Assembly: GCA_963771175.1 (NCBI GenBank)
Contig: CAVYSY010000045.1
Location: 96,001-160,000 of the forward strand
Length of the DNA: 64,000 bases
Source of the DNA: an uncultured delta proteobacterium
Lineage (GTDB): Bacteria; Myxococcota; Myxococcia; Myxococcales; Myxococcaceae
Direction of reading: 5' to 3'
Shown here: piece by piece, positions 55,536 to 64,000 of the stretch
How positions within the stretch are numbered: the first letter of the stretch is position 1
Layout: the number at the start of each line of letters is the position of its first letter
The notes under the pieces: generated by a model
What the model was told of the DNA's origin: nothing
Seen by the model: only the letters and a program-made list of their open reading frames with translations
The model's database searches: none
Position numbers and translations under genes: made by a program

Positions 55536-58500
55536 TCAGTGCGCCGCTTTCTCGCCCGCCGTGAATGCTGGCAAGCGGGTATCCGGTGCGATGTCCGGCT
55601 CAGCCTCTGGAGACTCGGGGGTTGCCGGACCTGGCACCACCTCGTGGCGCTTCCACAGGAAGTAGACGGCCGGGTAGACGAGCAGCTCCAGCAGGAAGCT
55701 GGTGACCAGGCCGCCCACCATGGGCGCCGCGATGCGCTTCATGACGTCCGCGCCGGTTCCGGTGGACCACATGATGGGCAGCAGGCCCAGCATCGCCGCC
55801 AGGACCGTCATCGCCTTGGGCCGTACGCGCTTCACGGCACCGTGGATGATGGCCTCCACCAGGTCGCCTTCGGTGCGCAGCATCCCGCGCTTCTTCGCCT
55901 CATCGTGGGACAGGTCGAGGAAGAGCAGCATGAACACGCCGGTTTCGGCGTCCAGGCCCATCAGCGCGATCATGCCCACCCACACCGCGATGGAGACGTT
56001 GTAGTCGAGCGCCCACAGCAGCCACACCGCGCCGATGGCCGAGAAGGGCACCGCCAGCATCACGAGGCCCGCCTTGAAGGCCGACTTCGTGTTCATGTAG
56101 AGCAGCCCGAAGATGAGCACGAGCGTGAGCGGAATGACGAGCTTCAGCCGCTCCCTGACGCGCAGCATGTTCTCGTACTGCCCGCTCCAGGTCATGGAGT
56201 AGCCGGCGGGCACCTTCACGCTCGCGGCCACCGCCTCCTTGGCGCGCTCCACGAAGCCGCCCACGTCGTACTTGGAGGTGTCGAAGTCCACGTAGACGTA
56301 GCCGGTGAGCATCCCGTTCTCGTTGCGAATCATCGAGGGGCCGTGGGCGAGCACCACGTCCGCGATGGCCTCCATGGGAATCTGGCCCTTGCCGTCGGGC
56401 AGGGGCAGCAGCACGCGCTTGAGGGACTGGAGGTCCTCGCGGTAGTCACGCGCGTAGCGCACGTTGATGCCGTAGCGCTCGCGGCCCTCCACGGTGGTGC
56501 ACTGGTTGTCTCCACCCACCGCGGTCATCACCATCATGTTCGCGTCGTCCACGCTCAGGCCGTAGCGGGCGAGCTCGTCGCGCTTGAGGACGAAGTCCAG
56601 GAAGTAGCCGCCCGCCACGCGCTCGGCGAACGCGCTGCGGGTGCCCGCCACCTTGGACACCGCGGCCTCCGTCTCGCGAGCGATACGCTCCACGGTGGTC
56701 AGGTCCGCGCCCATGATCTTGATGCCCACGGGCGTGCGGATACCGGTGGAGAGCATGTCGAGCCGACCCTTGATGGGCATGGTCCAGGCGTTGGAGATGC
56801 CCGGCAGCTGGAGCGCGGCGTTCATCTTCGACTCCAGCTCGTCCTGGGTGATGCGGTCGCGCCAGAACGGGCGCAGGACACCCTTCAGCCACTCGGGCGC
56901 CCAGCTGCAGTACCAGCGCGGGACTCTCGCGCCACTGGGACTCGGGGCTGCAGCAGGACCGTCGTCTCCATCATGGTGAACGGGGCGGGGTCGGTGGAGG
57001 TGTTGGCGCGGCCGGCCTTGCCGAAGACGCGCTCGACCTCGGGGAACTGCATGAGCAGCTTGTCCTGCACCTGCAGCACGCGCTGCGCCTCGGCGACGGA
57101 CATGCCGGGCTCCACCGCCGAGGGCATGTAGAGGATGGTGCCCTCGTGGAGCGGCGGCATGAACTCGCTGCCCAGGTGCAGGTACACGGGGATGGTGGTG
57201 GCGACCAGCAGCACGCTCACCGCGAGGGTGGCCTTGGCGTGGCGCACGCACGAAGCGGCAGGGGCCCTCGTAGAGCCGGTGCAGCAGCCGGCTGATGGGG
57301 TGCCGCTCCTCGGAGTAGTACTTGCCCACGAGCGCCTGCGTCGCCGCCCACGCCAGGAACCTCGGGCGGAAGCGGAAGGGCTCCATGCGCGCGAAGAGCA
57401 TGCGCATGGCGGGGTCGAGGGTGATGGCCAGCAGCGCGGCGATGGCCATGGCCAGGTTCTTCGAGTAGGCCAGCGGCCGGAAGAGCCGGCCCTCCTGGTC
57501 CACCAGCGTGAAGACCGGCATGAAGGCCACCGCGATGACGAGCAGGGAGAAGAAGACGCCCGGCCCCACCTCCAGCAGCGCCTCCAGGCGCACCTGGTGG
57601 AAGTCGCCCTTCTTGCCGTCCTTCATCCAGTGGTGGATCTTGTTGTAGGCGTTCTCCACCTCGACGATGGCGCCGTCCACGAGCACGCCGATGGAGATGG
57701 CGATGCCGGCCAGCGACATGAGGTTGGCGTTCAGCCCCATCGCGTACATGGGGATGAAGGCCAGCGCCACGGACACCGGAATGGTGACGATGGGCACGAT
57801 GGCCGAGGGGACGTGCCACAGGAAGATGAGGATGATGAGGGAGACGATGATGATCTCCTCGACCAGCTTGTCCGTCACCGTGTCGATGGCGCGCTCGATG
57901 AGGTCCGAGCGGTCGTAGGTGGTGACCACCTCGACGCCCTTCGGGCAGCGAGGGCTTGAGCTCCTCGAGCTTCGCCTTGACGCGCTCGATGACGTTGAGG
58001 GCGTTCTCCCCCTGGCGCATGACCACGATGCCGCCCACCACGTCGCCCTCGCCGTCGAGGTCGGCGATGCCGCGGCGCATCTCGGGGCCCAGCGTCACGC
58101 TGGCCACGTCCTTGACCGTGACGGGCGTGCCGCCCTCGGCCTTGAGGACCAGCTTCTCGAGGTCCTCCACGTTCTTCACGTAGCCGCGGCCGCGCACCAT
58201 GTACTCGCGCCCGGCGAGCTCGACGAGCCGTCCGCCCACGTCGTTGTTGCCCTGGCGCACCGCGCGCATCACCGCGTCCAGCGACAGCCCGTAGCTCGCG
58301 AGCGTGTTGGGGTTCACCGTCACCTGGTACTGGCGCACCTGGCCGCCCACGGTCGCCACCTCGGAGACGCCCGGCACGCTCTGCACGGCGTAGCGCAGGA
58401 ACCAGTCCTGGTAGGAGCGCAGCTCGTCCAGCCGGTGCTTGCCGGCTCTTGTCCACCAGCGCGTACTGGAACACCCAGCCCACGCTGGTGGCGTCCGGGC

Positions 58501-58886
58501 CCAGCTCGGTCTTCACGTCCGGCGGCAGCTGCGGCGTGATCTTCGACAGGTACTCGAGCACCCGCGTGCGCGCCCAGTACATGTCGGTGCCGTCCTCGAA
58601 GATGACGTAGACGTAGCTGAAGCCGAAGTCGGAGAAGCCGCGCATCGCCTTGACCTTCGGGCGCGCCCAGCAGCGCGGTGGTGATGGGGTAGGTGACCTG
58701 GTCCTCGATGATGTCGGGGCTGCGGTCCCACCGCGAGTAGACGATGACCTGGGTGTCGGACAGGTCCGGCAGCGCGTCCAGCGGGATGTTCCGCATGGTC
58801 CACCAGGCGCCGAAGAGCGCCACCACGGTGGCCGCGATGACCAGGTACTTGTTCTCCGCCGAGAAGCGGATGATGGCTCGAATCAT
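55536..58886 (-). CDS. cusA: CusA-type heavy-metal RND efflux permease; several frameshifts
   Basis: [78 protein letters not shown]. Confidence 0.93.
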
Positions 58887-58890
58887 GGGC

Positions 58891-60324
58891 TCAGTGGCCT
58901 CCGTGGCCGGAGGCGGCGGCGGGAGTGCCCGTCGGTGGCGAAGAGGGGGGAGGAGACGCCGTGGCGCCCCCCGAGGAGGTGGCGGCCAGCGCCGCCAGCG
59001 AGGCGCGCAGGCGCGATTCGGAGTCGATCAGGAAGTTGGCGCCGGTGACGACCTGCTCGCCGGCCTTCAGGCCCGACGTCACCTCCACGCTCTTTCCGTC
59101 CGACTCGCCCAGGCGGACCTCACGCGGCTGGAAGCGGCCGTCGCCGAGCGCCACGAAGACGACCTGGGTGGTGCCGGTGGGAACGACCGCGTCGGACGGA
59201 ATCTTCAGCCCCTCGCGGGTCGTGCCCCGGAGCACCACCTCGCCGAACATCTCGGGGCGCAGGTCGCCGTCGGGGTTGGGGAACTCCAGGCGCACCTTGA
59301 CGGTGCGCGTGGCCGGATCGAGCACCGGGTCGAGGAAGGACACCTTCCCGGCGAAGACACGGTTGGGGAAGGCCTTGAGCTGAAGCGTGGCGGTCATGCC
59401 CACCTTCACGTGGCGCAGCTCGCTCTCGTACACGTCGGCGAGGACCCACACGCGCGACAGGTCGACGATCTCATAGGGCGAGGTGCCCACCTCGAGGCGC
59501 GCCCCCTCCACGACGTCCTTCTTGGTGACGACTCCGGAGATGGGCGACACCAGGGTGAGGGAGCGGCTGGCCTCGCCCGTCTCGGCGAGCCGCTCGAGGG
59601 TGGCCGGCGGCACGTCCCACAGCTGCAGCTTGCGTCGAGCCGCCGCCACCAGGGCGTCGCCGTCCGTCGCCATCCCGCCGCCCTGGCCAGGGCCTGGCGG
59701 GTGCGCAGCGCCAGCAGGTACTCCTCCTGGGCCGCGAGCAGCTCGGGGCTGTAGACGGAGAAGAGCGGCTCGCCCTGTCGCACCGGCTTGCCGATGAAGT
59801 CCACGTACACGCGCTCGACGAAGCCGGGCACCTTCAGGTTGACGCGGCGCACGCGGGTCTCGTCCATGGCCACGCGGCCGATGGTCCGCCAGGTGCCGCC
59901 CGACCTTGCCCTCCGTCACCGGTGCGGTGCGCAGGCCGATGAGCTGCTGGCGCGAGGGGTCGATGGTGATGGGGGCCAGGCCGTCCACCGCGGGGGTGCC
60001 CGGGTCGCCGGGAGAAGCCGACACGGGCGTCATCGCCACCAGGTCCATGCCGCAGATGGGGCACTTGCCCGGGTGGTCCTGCACGATGCTCGGGTGCATC
60101 GGGCACTGGTATTTCGTGGCCGCCGGCTCGGAGGCGGCCGGGGTGGCGGTGGCCGCGGCGGCCGGCGCGTGGGCGTCGTGCGCCTCCTTCCCGTGCGCCA
60201 GCAGGTGCACGGCGCCGCCGCCGAGGACCGCGCTGGCCAGTGCCGTAGCGGCGAGCGCAGCGGCTCCGAAGCGGCGGCGCGCGGGGGGCGGCGAGGGGGG
60301 GAGTGGGGGAGTCACGAGAGACAT
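58891..60324 (-). CDS. cusB: CusB-type RND periplasmic adaptor with heavy-metal-binding domain; frameshifted
   Basis: YQCPMHP...PGKCPICGMDL, YSPELLAAQEEYL, LRPEMFG, FLIDSES. Confidence 0.92.
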   Translation of the reverse strand: MSLVTPPLPPSPPPARRRFGAAALAATALASAVLGGGAVHLLAHGKEAHDAHAPAAAATATPAASEPAATKYQCPMHPSIVQDHPGKCPICGMDLVAMTPVSASPGDPGTPAVDGLAPITIDPSRQQLIGLRTAPVTEGKVGRHLADHRPRGHGRDPRAPRQPEGARLRRARVRGLHRQAGATGRAALLRLQPRAARGPGGVPAGAAHPPGPGQGGGMATDGDALVAAARRKLQLWDVPPATLERLAETGEASRSLTLVSPISGVVTKKDVVEGARLEVGTSPYEIVDLSRVWVLADVYESELRHVKVGMTATLQLKAFPNRVFAGKVSFLDPVLDPATRTVKVRLEFPNPDGDLRPEMFGEVVLRGTTREGLKIPSDAVVPTGTTQVVFVALGDGRFQPREVRLGESDGKSVEVTSGLKAGEQVVTGANFLIDSESRLRASLAALAATSSGGATASPPPSSPPTGTPAAASGHGGH

Positions 60325-60337
60325 GGGTTCTCCAGGG

Positions 60338-61838
60338 CTACATCCCTGACATGGAGGAAGAGGATGATGGGGCCGCACTGGGAGCGCCGCCCGCGGGGGT
60401 GGCGCCGCGCGCGGGAGCGGACGGGGTGCTCCCCGCCCCGGGCATGCCGCCCGTTGCCTGACCGCCGTCGCCCATGGCTGCCACGGGCTCCAGGCTCACT
60501 TCGGCGTGGGCGATGGCGAGGCGCTGCGCGTCGACGAGCGTCCGCAGGTAGTCTTCCTCGTCGCGGATGACGCCGGTGTTGGCCTCCAGCACCGAGGCGA
60601 ACGAGGCACGCCCTACGCGGTACTGCGTCAGGGTGCTCTCGACGGTCGCCGCCGACTGCGTCAGCAGGCCGTCGCGGTAGATGGCCGCCGTGTCGCGCAG
60701 CGCGGCCAGGGCGATGAGGCGCTCCCGCACCCGCAGGCGGAGCACCTGCTCCAGGGCCTCCGTCGCGTGGGTGTTTGCCTCGGCCAGGGCGCTGCTCTCG
60801 GCCACCGCGCGGTTCTGCTTCCTCCCGGCGAAGACGGGCAGGTTGACGCCGACGTTGGCCTGCCACATGGGGGGAAAGTCGCCGCCCCGGGGCATCACCC
60901 CCGCGCTCAAGGTGAAGTCGGGCAGGCGCTCACGGCGCGCCAGTGCCACCTGCTGCTCGGCCTGTGCCACGCAACGCGCGTTGCTGGGCCAGTTCAGGGC
61001 TGTGCGCGAGCGCGTTCCTCACCGCTGATTCGGGGTCGCCGAGCTCTGGCACTCCCAGGTCACGCACGCGCGTGGTGGTGGGCAGGGGCTCCTCCAGGGG
61101 CCGACCGCTCAGGCGATTCAGGGTCTGCACACGGGTGCGCTCCTCGGCCTGCAGCGCCAGCCGACGCTGGCGCAGCCGGTTGAGCTCGAGCTGGGCGCGC
61201 AGCAGGTCGGACTGGGCCCCCTCTCCGGTCTCGTAGCGGATGCGGGCCGTGTCGGCGGACTGCTTCCAGAGCGCCTCGAGCCGGTCCAGCAGAGCGAGCC
61301 GCTCGCGCACCAGCAGCAGGTCGAGGTAGCCCCGGCGCACCTCGGCCTTGATGGACAGCCGCGCGCGCGCCACCTGCGTCGACGCGGCCGTGGCGCCGAG
61401 CTGTGCGACCTCGGTGCGCAGCGCGCGCTTGCCTGGGAAGGGCAGTGCCTGGGAGGCCATGATGCTCAGGTAGCTGCCCTCCATCTCGCCGATCATGAGG
61501 CCGTCGAAGCCGTCGTTCTGGATACCCAGCTGCAACACCGGGTCTGGCAGGGCACCCGCCTGGGGTACACGCTCCCGAGCGGCCTGGACCTGAGCCTCGG
61601 CCTGGCGCAGCTCGGGGCGCGTCTCGAGGGCTTCCGCGAGGAGCTGCGCCAGCGTCGGGTCCGTCGGCAGCGCCGGTGCGGAGGCCGCTTGCGTGGACGG
61701 CGTGCGAGTGTCCCCCTGCGCGGGCGCCGCCAGGGGCGAGAACAGCGCCAGCGCGAGGGCGAGGTGCCCTATCGGATGGCGCCGCCAGCCCGAGGTGGGG
61801 ACAGGCTGGGAAAGGTCGTGAGTGGGTTGCACGGCCAT
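60338..61838 (-). CDS. TolC/CusC-family outer-membrane factor; frameshift near 60970, start uncertain
   Basis: GALPDPVLQLG, SQALPFPGKR, RYETG..AQSDLLRAQLE; first gene of the CBA operon. Confidence 0.88.
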
Positions 61839-61844
61839 GGGTTG

Positions 61845-61860
61845 TGCAGGGCTTGTGCCA
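61845..61860 (-). promoter_or_regulatory. sigma54 -24/-12 promoter for cusCBA
   Basis: The minus strand reads TGGCAC-AAGCC-CTGCA (GG-N10-GC). Confidence 0.65.
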
Positions 61861-62015
61861 CGGGCCGTGTCCCGTCCGAGTGAGGCGGACCCCGGGGGCG
61901 CGGCGTGCTCCATCGGTGGCGTGCCCGGCGCGATAGGAGCCCGGTGCGTCACGGTGTAACCGCGGGAATCACATCTCCCGTGGGGAGACAAGCGCATAGG
62001 CTGGGGGAGGGCAGG

Positions 62016-62030
62016 TGGCATCCGGCTTGC
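62016..62030 (+). promoter_or_regulatory. sigma54 -24/-12 promoter for the two-component operon
   Basis: TGGCAT-CCGGC-TTGC (GG-N10-GC), followed by GGAGG and ATG 62058. Confidence 0.75.
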
Positions 62031-62057
62031 GTAGTACAGATGGAGGAGAGCTCATTC

Positions 62058-63503
62058 ATGCAGGTCCCCTCAGGCACCGCCAGGCGTCTCGGCCTGGCCC
62101 TCGCCGCCCTGGTTTCCCTCTTCGTGGTCTCATCCGTTCTGGTACTCGTGCACATGCGGGAGATTCATTCCCGCCTGGTCGAGATGCAGGCGCGGCAGCA
62201 TGCCGTCCGCTCGGCGCTCGAGGTGGCCAGCGCCATCCGGGACACCTACGCGCACCAGGCTCACACCCTCATCCTGGGAAACGACAGCCACCTGCACTTC
62301 TACGAGGCGGCTGCCGGCCGGGTGACCCGGCTGACGGAGGAGATGAAGGCGCAGGCCTGGGGCCCGAGGAGCGGGCCTGGGTGGCGGACATCGAGCGTGC
62401 ACAGAAGTCGCTGGACACGCTCTTCCGCGAAGCGCTCCTGCCGGCGGTGCTGGCGGGAAGGCAGGAGGACATGGAGCGCGAGCATGGCCGGGCGCTGGGG
62501 CTCGTGTCCCAGATGGAAGAGCGCACGGACCGGCTGGTGAGCCATTTCAACCGCTCGGTGGATTCGGCCGAGGCACGTGTGGGCGAACTTCGAGAGCTCC
62601 GCCTTCCAGTGGACCCTGTTCTTCCTGGTGGGCGCGCCGCTGCTGGCCATCGGCGTGGGCGTCTACATCGTCCGCTCGGTGGCCCGGCCCATGGCCCGGC
62701 TGCGCGAGGGCGCGGCGCGGCTGGCCGCTGGAGACATGCACGCGCGTATCGACGTCGCGACCCCCGACGAGTTCGGCGAGCTGGCGCGCCAGTTCAACGC
62801 CATGACGGCGGCACTGCGCGAGCACCAGGAGCGGCTGGTGCAGAGCGAGAAGCTCGCGGGCATCGGCAGGCTGGCGGCGGGCGTGGCCCACGAAATCAAC
62901 AACCCGCTCACCGTCATCCTCGGCTATGTGGGCATGATGAAGAAGAAGGCGGAGGGGAGCCTGCGCGAGGATCTCCAGGTCATCGAGGACGAGGCGGTGC
63001 GTAGCCGCGACATCGTCGAGGACCTGCTCGCGCTCTCGCGCCCACTCCAGGCCGAGCCAGAGCCGGTGGACTTGCGCGCCTTGTGCGAGGAGGTGGTGGA
63101 GCGGCTGAGGCAGGGGGGCCAGCTTGGCGCCGTGCAGGTGGACGTCGAAGGCGAGGCGCGTACCGCGGGGCACCTGACGAAGCTGCGCCAGGTGGTCCTC
63201 AATCTGATGCGTAACGCGGTGGATGCATGTGGAGAGGAGGGGCGGGTGCGGGTGCGCCTGGCGCAGACGGAGAAGGGAGCCGAGCTGCACGTGGAGGACA
63301 CGGGCCCGGGCCTGAGTGTCACGGCGCGCGAGCGTCTCTTCGAGCCCTTCTTCACCACGAAGCCCAGCGGGACAGGGCTGGGCCTGGCCATCAGCCAGAG
63401 CATCGTGCAGGCGCATGGTGGCAACCTGGAGGCTGCCGCCGGTCCGGGGCCGGGCGCACACTTCACGGTGTGGCTGCCAGCCATGTTGCCGGGGAGGGCG
63501 TGA
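62058..63503 (+). CDS. HAMP sensor histidine kinase (CorS-like copper sensor); frameshifted
   Basis: Two TM helices; His-rich periplasmic YAHQAH...HLH; VAHEINNPL, NLMRNA, DTGPG, FFTTK, GTGLGL. Confidence 0.88.
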
Positions 63504-63506
63504 GGC

Positions 63507-64000
63507 ATGGAAACGCGCGGACGCGTGCTGGTGGTGGATGACAAGGAGAACATCCTCAAGCTCTTCGCCCGGCTGCTGGGCGACACCTATGAGGTGACGT
63601 GCGCGGAGGACGGGGCGCGCGCGCTGTCGCTGGTGGCGGCGCAGGAGTTCGACGTCGTGGTGTCCGACGTCCGCATGCCAGGGGCGGACGGCTTCGAGGT
63701 GCTGCGCGCCGTCAAGTCCCGCCACCCCGATACCGAAGTGGTGATGATGACGGGCTACGCCACGGTGCCGGATGCGGTGGAGGCGATGCGGGCGGGTGCC
63801 TTCGACTACCTCCAGAAGCCCTTCCTCCCCGACGCCCCCGCCGAGCTGGTCGCACGGGCGATGGAGCGCCGGCGGCTGCGCCTCCAGGCGGAGGTGTTGG
63901 GGCAGAAGTCGCCGAGCACGGACTTCTCCTTCCTCGGAGTCGTGGGCCGCAGCGCGGCGATGCAGGAGGCGCATCGGCTCATCGAGCAGGCGGCGCGCCT
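63507..64000 (+). CDS. NtrC-family sigma54-dependent response regulator (3' partial; absent from the ORF track)
   Basis: Translated by hand: METRGRVLVVDD...VSDVRMPGADG...MTGY...DYLQKPF...GVVGRSAAMQ (start of the AAA+ domain). Confidence 0.9.
   Translation, partial: METRGRVLVVDDKENILKLFARLLGDTYEVTCAEDGARALSLVAAQEFDVVVSDVRMPGADGFEVLRAVKSRHPDTEVVMMTGYATVPDAVEAMRAGAFDYLQKPFLPDAPAELVARAMERRRLRLQAEVLGQKSPSTDFSFLGVVGRSAAMQEAHRLIEQAAR

Overview
High-GC (about 70% by eye) myxobacterial DNA, probably Cystobacterineae (Archangium/Cystobacter-like), judged from gene content: a MYXO-CTERM protein, a Uma2 gene, a PP2C-cNMP fusion and a CorSR-like pair. Many genes carry 1-nt indels in patches, which most likely reflects uncorrected long-read error, so several coordinates are reconstructed across frames. 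Layout: (1) 1-16 kb, core-like genes: PP2C-cNMP, coaBC, family-4 UDG, an esterase, the lysine-degradation genes kdd-kamD-orf-kamE-kal-kce, Uma2, a 2OG-Fe dioxygenase and an SDR. (2) 16.0-25.2 kb, a tightly coupled 7-gene minus-strand operon that I cannot match to a characterised pathway: GT4-radical SAM fusion, WG-repeat-protein kinase, WG-repeat-class II aldolase, histidine phosphatase, carbamoyltransferase and two more radical SAM/SPASM enzymes. This is the best candidate for a new system. (3) 25-55 kb, an accessory mosaic: RluA, a low-GC CheD/CNF1-like deamidase candidate, an OmpA plus TSP3/MYXO-CTERM pair, ABC permease-peptidase fusions, an S8 protease and several truncated or scrambled genes. 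(4) 55-64 kb, a copper module: Csp3, cusCBA and an NtrC-type two-component system, with back-to-back sigma54 promoters. No rRNA, tRNA, CRISPR array, transposase or integrase was recognised. All calls come from reading motifs by eye; no searches were run.
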